The notes under the pieces: model-generated
Told to the model about the DNA's origin: nothing
Database searches by the model: none
Seen by the model: the letters and a program-made list of their open reading frames with translations, nothing else
Position numbers and translations under genes: made by a program
IMG/VR virus record: IMGVR_UViG_3300030372_001589
Location: 6,524-70,523 of that record
Reading direction: 5' to 3' (one strand)
Length of the DNA stretch: 64,000 nucleotides
Source of the DNA: a virus
Lineage: Duplodnaviria; Caudoviricetes
Shown here: positions 1 to 8,775 of the stretch, piece by piece
Layout: each line of letters starts with the position of its first letter
Position numbering within the stretch: position 1 is the stretch's first letter

Positions 1-1
1 T

Positions 2-310
2 GATATATTCAGATTGTTTGGAAAAGCAAATAAATACCCTGCACAAATAGCAGAGAACATTTCCAAGAAGAAAATTATAGATTATGGGGATATAGGACTT
101 GGTGTTCAAAAAACAGGCTATCACGAATACTTCTTGAGAGGCAACAAGTTTGAAACTAAACTACACTTTAGAGTAATAGAAGTGGATGGTAAAGAGATGT
201 GGCTGGCTTGGTCGGGGTATAAACAAGAGCCAGCAGACAAAGACACTGATGCTGGATTATGGAATATTTATGAAGATAGGTACAAAAAACTACCACTTCC
301 GCCAAAATGA
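2..310 (+). CDS. C-terminal fragment of a gene running off the left edge; weak resemblance to the LigD 3'-phosphoesterase-domain C-terminus
   Basis: Frame is open from position 2 (DIFRLFGKANKY...). IIDYG..(x)..EYFLRGNKFETKLHFR..WL resembles the LigD-PE 'WDxG...FxLxGxKLxGxF' pattern; family call is tentative. Confidence 0.5.
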   Translation, partial: DIFRLFGKANKYPAQIAENISKKKIIDYGDIGLGVQKTGYHEYFLRGNKFETKLHFRVIEVDGKEMWLAWSGYKQEPADKDTDAGLWNIYEDRYKKLPLPPK

Positions 311-331
311 ACCGTGTCTTTAATATAGTCA
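311..331 (+). promoter_or_regulatory. Putative archaeal TATA-type late promoter (ACCG-N-TTTAATATAGTCA)
   Basis: TATA-like TTTAATATA about 30 nt upstream of ATG 357, in a short intergenic gap; near-identical motif at 3961-3980. Confidence 0.55.
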
Positions 332-356
332 TTGGAATAACGAGGGGTTGAAGACT

Positions 357-1595
357 ATGAGCATTAGTGTCATGGCTACAAGGAATGATGATTTCACTAT
401 TCTAAAAAGCGATGAATTAATGATTGGGGGATATGCGAGCATTGAAATCGTTGACAAACAAAATGATTTAATCACATTAAATGCACTAAATACCGCAGTT
501 AAAAAGTTTATGGATGATAAAAAATTCAGAAATGTAATGACAAATCATTCTAATGTTCAAGTTGGAGAAGTAGTTGACTCTTATCGAGATAAAAACGGTA
601 AATTATGGAAATCAGAAGTTGATGATGTAGGATTTTTTGTAGTTATTAAATTAAGAGATGATATAGAAAAAGCCAAAGAAGTTGGGAGAGGTATTCGCAA
701 AGGAACATTAAGGTCTTTTAGCATAGGTGGACAAGCATTACAGAAAGTAAAGAAAAGCCACGATGAATTAGGAGAATATAACGAAATAAGTAAGTTAGAA
801 CTTCATGAAGTAACAATATGTGAAAAAGGCATTAATCCCGAAGCGAAATTTGACATTCTGAAACAAGATATTGGAGATGAAAAAATGAGTGATAAACTTG
901 AGAAAGCACTAAATGAATTAGATACTCTTCTAAAAGAAGTTGAGAGTCTAAAGGGCGATGAAGAGGAATCTATGGATTCTAATTCAGATATGAAAGAAAA
1001 TGCAGAATACATGGAAATGACTGATGATGCTGATGAAAAAGAAGCGGCAGACATGGAAATGACTGATGATGCTGATGAAGAAGAAGAAATGATGCACCCA
1101 GCATACAAAGATGGTGCAGAAAAAGCATATCTTCGTACTCTTGATGGTGCAGGTAATCAAATTGGAGAACCAGCAGACCGTATTGTAATTAACAACGGAA
1201 AGCCTACTTCAACCGATATGCCGGTTGTAAAAGCATTCGGCAACAATGAGTTTGATACACTAAACCTATCAAATGCAAACATTGAGAAAGCGTATGAAGC
1301 ATTCCGTCAAGAAAAACTTGAGGAATTAGCATACGATAACCTTCGTAAATCTTTTGAAGGCCGATTTGAAACTGAAATCTCAAGTCGTGAAAATGTTCTA
1401 GCAAAGGCTAGTTATGATGCACAGGCTGAAATTGCTTCTATTAAAGAAGAATTTAGCGAACTAAGAAAATCTCTTACTGCTGAAAAAGAAACAATTCTAA
1501 AGGCACAAGAAGATTCAGTAATTAAAATGCCAAGCATTGATGATATTGCATCAATGGATTGGAGCGATATTCACAAAATGGTGAACAATATTTGA
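357..1595 (+). CDS. HK97-type prohead serine protease fused to an acidic/coiled-coil scaffold-like C-terminal region
   Basis: GYASIEIVDKQND, NHSNVQVG (His), LRSFSIGG (Ser), LHEVTICEKGINPEAKF motifs; directly upstream of MCP; ATG 357 follows GAGGGG SD. Confidence 0.9.
   Translation: MSISVMATRNDDFTILKSDELMIGGYASIEIVDKQNDLITLNALNTAVKKFMDDKKFRNVMTNHSNVQVGEVVDSYRDKNGKLWKSEVDDVGFFVVIKLRDDIEKAKEVGRGIRKGTLRSFSIGGQALQKVKKSHDELGEYNEISKLELHEVTICEKGINPEAKFDILKQDIGDEKMSDKLEKALNELDTLLKEVESLKGDEEESMDSNSDMKENAEYMEMTDDADEKEAADMEMTDDADEEEEMMHPAYKDGAEKAYLRTLDGAGNQIGEPADRIVINNGKPTSTDMPVVKAFGNNEFDTLNLSNANIEKAYEAFRQEKLEELAYDNLRKSFEGRFETEISSRENVLAKASYDAQAEIASIKEEFSELRKSLTAEKETILKAQEDSVIKMPSIDDIASMDWSDIHKMVNNI
1009..1079 (+). 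repeat. 29-bp direct repeat, 42-bp period (MEMTDDADE x2)
   Basis: acatggaaatgactgatgatgctgatgaa at 1009-1037 and 1051-1079. Confidence 0.95.
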
Positions 1596-1604
1596 GGTGA
1601 TTAA

Positions 1605-2939
1605 ATGACAGGATATATTAACACAATAGCAGATTTAGAAGCACAAACATATGGAATGAACCTACCAGCCGGTAATGCACTATTAAAGCAAGCAGGTATG
1701 GTTGGTGGAATACACACAGGACATGACGGTTCTCCGTCATTTAGCGGTTCAGCCGTTTCTGATGTATCAGCACTATACAATGTAGTTTACGGACAAAAGG
1801 TTTGGTCTATGCTAAACCGTGAAGTTAACGCATTGTCTATGATTTCAAAGCGACCATACACTTCAAGTGGATGGAGAGTATTAAAGAGCAGACCTTCGGG
1901 TGGTAGCGGTAATCTATTTACTGTTGATAAAGCAGATGTTTCCCTAACATTGGGAGAATTGGGTTCAGATACTCCAAGAGCAGATTCTATCGGTGGTGTT
2001 CCTGAAAATGCAGGTCTTTCAACCGCACAAGATGGATTGGGGCCAATTGCACCTACTTATGCTCAATTGAACATGAGTCCAAAAGTCGTTGCTCATCAAT
2101 TTGATTTCAGCGAATTGGCTATGGAAATGGCTCAAATTGACGATGGTATCGGAGATATTAGAGCGCAAATGCGTGAAGACATGGGTAAACACCATGCAGA
2201 AGTACAAAACAAGATGCTTGTTATGCCACTACAATTTTATGGTGAAGCAACACTATTGCCTAACATTGGTAACAATTATACTTCTTTGCTAAAGGTAGTT
2301 ACTTCAAAGGCTGAATTAGACCTATTGGATGCACAATCTTCTCTAATGACAGATGGTGCTACTGCAACAAATGTAAGTCACATTTACGGTACAAACCGTG
2401 ATAGTGCTTCATTCCTTGATTCAGAAGTGGATGCGGGTACTTCTTATGCAGCAACAGATGTTAGGTCACTAACTCTAACTTTGCTAAATAACATGGTTCG
2501 CAACCTAAGACTTGCTGGTGGTTCACCAAAGGTTATTCTAACCGGATATGATACCATTCAAGCACTTGCAGACCTATTGCAAAGCCAAGAAAGATTCATG
2601 GATAGAAAAGAAATTGTACCAACAGTTAACGGTGTTCGTGGAACAAAGGGTCAAGAAGTCGGATTTAGAGTAGCAACATACTACGACATTCCGCTAATTC
2701 CTGTAAAGGACATGACTACTACCGGACTTGCTTCAACAAAACTATCCGACCTATTATTCCTTGACACTGACCATCTATGGTTGTCTGTCATGAAACCAAC
2801 TCAATACTTTGAGGATGGTATCGCTAATGGAAACCCATTTGGTGTAGGAACACTAGGAAACCGTGCATTGTACCGTACTATCGGTGAAGTCGGTTGTTCG
2901 TTCTTTAAGGGTCAAGGTAAAATAACCAACATACAGTGA
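1605..2939 (+). CDS. Major capsid protein (HK97 fold, halovirus/magrovirus type)
   Basis: 444 aa, follows protease; PKVVAHQFDFSELA, LRLAGGSPKVILTGYDT, YYDIPLIP and LLFLDTDHL segments are typical of archaeal HK97-like MCPs; GAGGTGA SD. Confidence 0.9.
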   Translation: MTGYINTIADLEAQTYGMNLPAGNALLKQAGMVGGIHTGHDGSPSFSGSAVSDVSALYNVVYGQKVWSMLNREVNALSMISKRPYTSSGWRVLKSRPSGGSGNLFTVDKADVSLTLGELGSDTPRADSIGGVPENAGLSTAQDGLGPIAPTYAQLNMSPKVVAHQFDFSELAMEMAQIDDGIGDIRAQMREDMGKHHAEVQNKMLVMPLQFYGEATLLPNIGNNYTSLLKVVTSKAELDLLDAQSSLMTDGATATNVSHIYGTNRDSASFLDSEVDAGTSYAATDVRSLTLTLLNNMVRNLRLAGGSPKVILTGYDTIQALADLLQSQERFMDRKEIVPTVNGVRGTKGQEVGFRVATYYDIPLIPVKDMTTTGLASTKLSDLLFLDTDHLWLSVMKPTQYFEDGIANGNPFGVGTLGNRALYRTIGEVGCSFFKGQGKITNIQ

Positions 2940-2959
2940 GGAAATAAGGAGAGGATAAT

Positions 2960-3223
2960 ATGGCATTTGCAACAGTTATACAATTAGAAATGAATTTAGA
3001 AGGTAACAGAACGCTAGTTTGCGGTCAAACAACCACAGACAGTACAGACGGAAATATAGAAACAGGGCTTTCAAGAGTCGATTCACTGCTATTTACCCAT
3101 AAGGGTTCAGCAGAAGAAGCGGCTGCGGCAGTAATTAACGCTGATTTGCCGGTTTCAACCGGAGATGTCCCTATTCACTGCGTTAGTGGTGATATAGTAT
3201 ATTTCTGGGCTATCGGTCAATGA
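2960..3223 (+). CDS. Small beta-rich putative virion (decoration) protein
   Basis: 87 aa directly after MCP, strong GGAGAGG SD; function inferred from position only. Confidence 0.6.
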   Translation: MAFATVIQLEMNLEGNRTLVCGQTTTDSTDGNIETGLSRVDSLLFTHKGSAEEAAAAVINADLPVSTGDVPIHCVSGDIVYFWAIGQ

Positions 3224-3232
3224 GGTGATTAA

Positions 3233-3592
3233 GTGGCTCTAGTTTATACAGTAACTCTTTTGGGCGACCATAAGGGTAATACTCGCCCTAAAGTTAGTGG
3301 TGATGAATATGTGGTTGATGCACTATTAGATGTGACTTCGCATGTAGCGGCAGGGGCAGAAATCCCTGCTTCTGCATTTGGTCTATCAACAGTGCATTGT
3401 GTATCAATTACCGGACATGAGGGTGCTAACGATGTTTACCCGCAGATTCTAACTTCAACAGGCGGTCTTTATGAATCAGACACTTCTTTCTTGATTATAT
3501 TTACTAATCTAGACGGAACAAACGCTACTGCGGCTTCTGATGATGGCGACCCTACTTGTGCAACAAGACTTAGAATTTGGGGCAATCTTTGA
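3233..3592 (+). CDS. Small putative virion protein
   Basis: 119 aa, GTG start with GAGGTGA SD, head-gene cluster. Confidence 0.6.
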   Translation: MALVYTVTLLGDHKGNTRPKVSGDEYVVDALLDVTSHVAAGAEIPASAFGLSTVHCVSITGHEGANDVYPQILTSTGGLYESDTSFLIIFTNLDGTNATAASDDGDPTCATRLRIWGNL

Positions 3593-3602
3593 GGTGAATT
3601 AA

Positions 3603-3956
3603 GTGGTTAAACTTAAATTAACCCCTAATTCAACAATGGGATTATTACAAGTTACACCAAACGATACTATCACAAGAGAAAAAGAAATAGAAGTTAGTGT
3701 TGCCTTTGCAATTAACCGCATAGGCGACCCTAACTTTCTATTTACTTTTGAAGAATGTGACCGTTTGGAATTAGAAAAGGCCGATGATAAACTATTGGCT
3801 AGTGCTGGTTCAGGATTAGGAAAAGAGGATTTAACCGCAGAAATGCTGGTAAAGACTCTATTACCGCCTAAAGTAGTACCTAAAAAATCAACTTCTAAGA
3901 CTACTAAAAAGGCTACTGCTACGAAATCATCTAGCAAGTCAAGTCTTAGCGAATGA
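3603..3956 (+). CDS. Hypothetical protein with Lys/Ser/Thr-rich basic tail
   Basis: 117 aa, GAGGTGA SD; C-terminus PKKSTSKTTKKATATKSSSKSS. Confidence 0.7.
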   Translation: MVKLKLTPNSTMGLLQVTPNDTITREKEIEVSVAFAINRIGDPNFLFTFEECDRLELEKADDKLLASAGSGLGKEDLTAEMLVKTLLPPKVVPKKSTSKTTKKATATKSSSKSSLSE

Positions 3957-3960
3957 TTTC

Positions 3961-3980
3961 ACCGACATATTAAATAGTCA
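3961..3980 (+). promoter_or_regulatory. Putative late promoter (ACCG-N-TATTAAATAGTCA)
   Basis: Second copy of the 311-331 motif, in the 3957-4015 gap, followed by a 6-bp hairpin (TCAGCG/CGCTGA, 3978-3996). Confidence 0.55.
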
Positions 3981-4015
3981 GCGTCATTGTCGCTGATACA
4001 GAAGAGGTGTGAAGT

Positions 4016-4315
4016 ATGAGTTATTCATGCAGGTCAAGCGGAGTTTTAGGTGCTAGTAAAGTAATCGTGACAGGGAGAACAAAATTAGTTAGCATTCATG
4101 CGGCTCTTTTTGTTACCGGCGGTGATGCAGTGACAATTAATGTATATGATGGTACGGATAATTCGGGTACTAAAATAGCCATGATTTCTCATTCAACCAA
4201 CGGTTATTACAACCTAGAATATGACATGCACGGAGTTTTGTGCAATACAGGTCTATATCTAGAGGTGGCAGAAGCCGGTTCATCCACCGTTAATGTTTCT
4301 ATCGAATTTAATTGA
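4016..4315 (+). CDS. Small beta-rich putative virion protein
   Basis: 99 aa, GAGGTG SD; alternating beta-strand pattern. Confidence 0.6.
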   Translation: MSYSCRSSGVLGASKVIVTGRTKLVSIHAALFVTGGDAVTINVYDGTDNSGTKIAMISHSTNGYYNLEYDMHGVLCNTGLYLEVAEAGSSTVNVSIEFN

Positions 4316-4324
4316 GGTGATTAT

Positions 4325-4714
4325 ATGGCGGCACTAAATCAAGATACAAGGTTAATTATGACTATTTTATTTGTTGGTACTGTTAGCGGTGCTAATGTAT
4401 ATTTTTATGCTAATTACGGAGTATCGTTCCCTTATACTACTTTATCCCATGCTGTATTATTTGGATTAATTACAGTCGGAGGAATTATGTGTTTAAAGGC
4501 TATCTTTGATTTATCATTAAATGATAAAATTGAGATAAGACTTTTAGATAGGCGCATTAATGCTTATTGGGAAAGAAGGGCTAGGGATGAGCAACAAAGA
4601 CAAAAACTCACAGAAACTATGAAACAGTATAATACTGTTACAATCGCACCAAGCACCCCAATGTATGAGTCAGAAAATACAATATCAAATGATTTCTTGG
4701 CTAAATTACAATGA
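4325..4714 (+). CDS. Membrane protein with two predicted TM helices and a charged coiled-coil tail (holin-like topology)
   Basis: Hydrophobic LIMTILFVGTVSGANVYFYA and AVLFGLITVGGIMCLKAIF, then RRARDEQQRQKL. Confidence 0.7.
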   Translation: MAALNQDTRLIMTILFVGTVSGANVYFYANYGVSFPYTTLSHAVLFGLITVGGIMCLKAIFDLSLNDKIEIRLLDRRINAYWERRARDEQQRQKLTETMKQYNTVTIAPSTPMYESENTISNDFLAKLQ

Positions 4715-4723
4715 GGTGTTTAG

Positions 4724-4942
4724 GTGGTTTTTGACTCCATAATGGGTTTTACTGAAACTGATTATGTCTATAATCAAAGTCGGGCGCATTCAGCCGACAT
4801 GTTTTTTACTAAAATGAGATATATTTTTTGGGGATTCTGTTCCTCATTATCTTGTTTTTTTATAGGGAACATATTAGGTGTGTTTGATATTAACATTATG
4901 GGTTGGATTATGGATAATTTGTGGCATTCATGGGAGATATAA
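4724..4942 (+). CDS. Small membrane protein
   Basis: 72 aa, GTG start after GAGGTG; hydrophobic YIFWGFCSSLSCFFIGNILGVF. Confidence 0.65.
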   Translation: MVFDSIMGFTETDYVYNQSRAHSADMFFTKMRYIFWGFCSSLSCFFIGNILGVFDINIMGWIMDNLWHSWEI

Positions 4943-4943
4943 T

Positions 4944-5606
4944 ATGTCAATGATTGCTGGTTTTGCGGTTGTAGTGACCGAAGCCTGTATATCTTTTTGG
5001 AAAAAAGTTCACGCTATTAATTTTGGAGTATATGGGGCGACAATGGTAGGAAAAACAACATTAAGTCACCAATTAAGAACAAGGGGAGAAGTACCGCAAA
5101 TTAATGAAAGAACGGTTGGATTACATAGACCTACAAGAAAAAGCATTAAATTACATGGTGATATGCACACTATTAGAAGTTCAGATATAGGGGGAGAAGC
5201 GATATATTGGAAAGAATGGGTTAAAGACATGAAATCTCGTAAACCTAAATATGTGATATTTATGATAGACCATAGACATTTAGATAGTGCGGCCAATTTA
5301 GACCATCAAGTAGCGTGGAAATTTTTAGTCGATATAATTACTAGTGATAGATGGCCTAATGGAAAAAGAAAAAAAGAAAAAGATTATCCTTTAGCAATAT
5401 CAATATGGGCTAATAAATATGATATTTGGGGAGAAAAACACAAATCTGAAAATCCAATAGATAAGCACCCAATCTTTGAACCTTTCAAATATGGTATGAG
5501 AAAATTAAATGATAAGGGAATACCTACTTTCAAATATATTGTATCTGCAAAATCTCAACCCGAAATGGTGTATAAAGGAATCACTACGATGATAAAAGAT
5601 TATTGA
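4944..5606 (+). CDS. Small Ras-superfamily GTPase, Arf/Sar1-like
   Basis: G1 GATMVGKT, G2 RTVG, G3 DIGGE, G4 ANKYD and G5 SAK all present with correct spacing; hydrophobic N-terminal helix; ATG 4944 (GGGAG SD) preferred over 4878. Confidence 0.9.
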   Translation: MSMIAGFAVVVTEACISFWKKVHAINFGVYGATMVGKTTLSHQLRTRGEVPQINERTVGLHRPTRKSIKLHGDMHTIRSSDIGGEAIYWKEWVKDMKSRKPKYVIFMIDHRHLDSAANLDHQVAWKFLVDIITSDRWPNGKRKKEKDYPLAISIWANKYDIWGEKHKSENPIDKHPIFEPFKYGMRKLNDKGIPTFKYIVSAKSQPEMVYKGITTMIKDY

Positions 5607-5615
5607 GGAATAAAT

Positions 5616-6296
5616 ATGGCATACCAACAACCAAACTTAATTGGAACTAATGCTCCAATAACAACAAATCCAACAAACCCAAATCAATTGAATACATATT
5701 CTTGGAATAAATTTTTACCTAAAACACAACAGTTTAGGGCGGCTGGAAATATAATAGAATATACATATGATAGTATTAAGCCTAAAAAGAAACTAAAAGA
5801 AATTAAAAAGGTATTATTGCCGGAGAAGAAATCATTCTTAAAACTAAAATACGGGCATAAATTTAATTTTAAAGACATTTGTGTAGTTTGTGGAACACAT
5901 CATGTATGGGAATCGGGAGATTTTTTACGGCCACCAATCCCATTAGATAAAGTTACTAAAGGCCGACCATTAAGAGGCACTTACTGTCCTAAACATGCAG
6001 GTATTCATAAGCAAATGGAAATGTTACAGCAACAGATTTTAGCCGAAGAAAATGGTTTAGATTTCAAAGCATTCATTCCTAAAATGCGAACCCCTCAACT
6101 TATGAAAAGAGGGCCACTTACTACACTATCAAAAGAAGAAGTCGCTAGTCTTGCTTCAACCGGATGGGTTATAAAGCCACCCGTTGTGACAGATAATGAA
6201 ACGGCTATGGCTGAAATAGTTAGATTAGTAGCCGAAATAGGATTATCAACAGAAAGATTGAATTATTTACTAGGTAATGAAAAGAAGGAGGAATAA
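5616..6296 (+). CDS. Zn-finger protein (CxxC...CxxH) with C-terminal helix
   Basis: CVVCGTHH and YCPKHA; GAGG SD. Confidence 0.7.
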   Translation: MAYQQPNLIGTNAPITTNPTNPNQLNTYSWNKFLPKTQQFRAAGNIIEYTYDSIKPKKKLKEIKKVLLPEKKSFLKLKYGHKFNFKDICVVCGTHHVWESGDFLRPPIPLDKVTKGRPLRGTYCPKHAGIHKQMEMLQQQILAEENGLDFKAFIPKMRTPQLMKRGPLTTLSKEEVASLASTGWVIKPPVVTDNETAMAEIVRLVAEIGLSTERLNYLLGNEKKEE

Positions 6297-6298
6297 TT

Positions 6299-6952
6299 AT
6301 GGGTTTATTTGGAACAAGTAACGGGGCAGTAATGGGTGCGGTAAATGCACAGACAGACCAGCAATTCAAAAATGTTAGCAATTTACTTTCATTACAAGAA
6401 AATCATGTCGAAGAGTTTTTTCAGTATCACGGACAGCAATTTTTTTCAGCATTAGAACAATTAATGGAAGATGTAGTAGCAAGGTCAGTTAGTCAGATGT
6501 TAACACAATTAGTATTTGTTCAAGATTCAACAACAGGGACTATGAAACTACAATCTGGTTCTTTGGCAGAATTTGAAAGAATTACAAAAGAAAACATTGA
6601 TTTGGATTTAACAAGACTACTAGATTCAGCAATCAACACTGAAATAATTAATCAAAGAAAAATGGCAAAACAACAATACCTAGAATCTCAAGGCTTCTCC
6701 ACACCAACAGGACAGGTTACTGCTGGTGCGGCTATTGCTGGTGTTACAGGTAATATGCAACAATACAATCAAATGAATGGTGCTATGAATAACGGTTCGG
6801 GCTATCCTGTTCCTCCAAATGGAACAGACGGATATGGCCGACCATATTGGATTGATGCACAGGGCCAAATGTCATATGAACCGCCACAAGCAGGTTTAGG
6901 ATTAGGTTCAGCAATACAAAAAGGTGCGGCTTGGGCTAAATGGTTAATGTGA
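6299..6952 (+). CDS. Helical protein with Gln/Gly/Pro-rich C-terminal region and amphipathic termini
   Basis: 217 aa, GGAGG SD; ends LGSAIQKGAAWAKWLM. Confidence 0.7.
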   Translation: MGLFGTSNGAVMGAVNAQTDQQFKNVSNLLSLQENHVEEFFQYHGQQFFSALEQLMEDVVARSVSQMLTQLVFVQDSTTGTMKLQSGSLAEFERITKENIDLDLTRLLDSAINTEIINQRKMAKQQYLESQGFSTPTGQVTAGAAIAGVTGNMQQYNQMNGAMNNGSGYPVPPNGTDGYGRPYWIDAQGQMSYEPPQAGLGLGSAIQKGAAWAKWLM

Positions 6953-6963
6953 GTTGATTCACA

Positions 6964-8775
6964 ATGGATATTATTTACAGTGGTGCAGGTGGTAGGTCTG
7001 TTGATTGGACTACCAAATACGCCACAAGCGAAATGAAGAAATTCATTTTTGGCAGTAAATATTTAGAAACTAGAAAAAAAGATTATAATAATATTGATGA
7101 TTATATCGAAGGTGTTCCTAAAATAAACGATACTTTAGATAAGGAAGAGTTTGACGGAATTAATAAGTCTGCAATTGACAAAATTAAAAGCACTAAGATT
7201 AAAGAAATGAATGTTGATTTTAAAGATGTTTATTTTTTAGATTTAATAGGAAATTATACCATAGAAATTTTAAACACTGATAGGGTGTTAGATGAAATTA
7301 CAGGTGAAACAAGCCGTGTTGATTTTGATAAAATAAGAATGGGTTGGCAAGGTAAATCAGATGATTATTATAACAATTTGTGGAAAAGCGGGAAAATATC
7401 TGAAAAAACACAAAAAAATAAAGAGATAAAAACTATTATTCTAAAAGAATCTGATTTAAATTCAGTTATTCCAAATGTAGGCAAACCTAAAACTAAAATA
7501 GAAAAACTTAATAGTTTAGGTTTTGAGTATATTTATGGTGATAAAATTAATACAACAATAAATTTAAAAGATAAACCTTTAGGAAAAGAAGGAAAAACAA
7601 GAAGTTCTAGAGGAAAAAGGTTCGGACTAAAAGGAAAGAAAGTTATTTCTGAAGATTTAATGCAATCTTATGATAAGTTTTACAATAAAGTAAAGTTAGA
7701 TAAAGAAGGTAATGCAAAAGAAGTCTTTGATACTCCTTATGTTTTCACAAGAAGTTTATATTTTGCAGAAGAGATGAAAGAGTCTTTAGAAAATAAAGTA
7801 TCTAATACTAAAGAATTAATTAATGACACTAAAGAGTTAATTAGCGATTTAAAATCTGTTTCTTCAGAAGAAGATAAAGAACGCCAGCAAAAAAAATTAG
7901 AGGACTCAACTAAATTATTTAAAAGTTTAAACGAATCGTTAGAAAGAGCAAAAAAATATTTGGTAATGACAGCAGGTTTAAGAAAGGAAATAGAAACCCA
8001 AATGAAAACTTTCAATGAAACTGATGATTTGTTAGATTCAGTTAGAGATAAAATAAACAATGCTGAACAGTTAACAGATAAGGAATTAGATTCAATTAGC
8101 AACATAGGTGAATTAAAAAGAATGAGAGGTAAACAAAAAGTAAAGATTAACTTCAAAGAAGAATACCTCAAATTTACTGATAAAGAGGCTATGCCTGATG
8201 ATGATTATTTGTTAGAACTCTTTGATGAATTAACCGATACTTACGATAATATGTTTAGAAAAAGAATAGTTGAGTGGTTGGAAAAATATGAACAATTAGG
8301 TATTAAACTCAATAAAGAATTTGAAAAAAAATTAGGTATAGGAGAACTACCTAAAACAAGACTAACTTCTAAAGAGGAACGAGAAGCGTTTAATAATCCT
8401 AAATTATTTATTAAAAACGAAAAAGATGTTATTCGGGCTTTGAATGATTTAAAAGTATTATACGAAATAAGACTACAAGTTTCAAAAATTACAAAGAAAA
8501 AGAAAGATAAAGAGGTAATTACCTACGCAGTTAACGAATTTAAGTTAATTTTAAAAGAAGAATTAATTCCTCCTATTGTTCCTAAAGGAACAGGTGGTGG
8601 TTCTCAACAAGCCCCATTCAGACAAAGAGGCGCAACAAAAAGAGCAGGGCCGCAAAAGGCGAGCGAAAGGCGTTTAGCAATAGGCGGTAAAGAACCTTAT
8701 CAAGTTAAAGGTGATATTACTTTATTTGCCAAAAGAATTAATAAAAAATTAAAAGAATTGGAGTTAGTGATATAA
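6964..8775 (+). CDS. Large Lys/Glu-rich hypothetical protein with coiled-coil segments
   Basis: 603-aa uninterrupted ORF; TAATG overlap with the next gene; no family recognised. Confidence 0.75.
   Translation: MDIIYSGAGGRSVDWTTKYATSEMKKFIFGSKYLETRKKDYNNIDDYIEGVPKINDTLDKEEFDGINKSAIDKIKSTKIKEMNVDFKDVYFLDLIGNYTIEILNTDRVLDEITGETSRVDFDKIRMGWQGKSDDYYNNLWKSGKISEKTQKNKEIKTIILKESDLNSVIPNVGKPKTKIEKLNSLGFEYIYGDKINTTINLKDKPLGKEGKTRSSRGKRFGLKGKKVISEDLMQSYDKFYNKVKLDKEGNAKEVFDTPYVFTRSLYFAEEMKESLENKVSNTKELINDTKELISDLKSVSSEEDKERQQKKLEDSTKLFKSLNESLERAKKYLVMTAGLRKEIETQMKTFNETDDLLDSVRDKINNAEQLTDKELDSISNIGELKRMRGKQKVKINFKEEYLKFTDKEAMPDDDYLLELFDELTDTYDNMFRKRIVEWLEKYEQLGIKLNKEFEKKLGIGELPKTRLTSKEEREAFNNPKLFIKNEKDVIRALNDLKVLYEIRLQVSKITKKKKDKEVITYAVNEFKLILKEELIPPIVPKGTGGGSQQAPFRQRGATKRAGPQKASERRLAIGGKEPYQVKGDITLFAKRINKKLKELELVI

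Noticed and set aside
6299-6319. N-myristoylation motif MGLFGT next to an Arf-like GTPase
   Set aside because: Archaea are not known to have N-myristoyltransferase and the motif is short enough to arise by chance.
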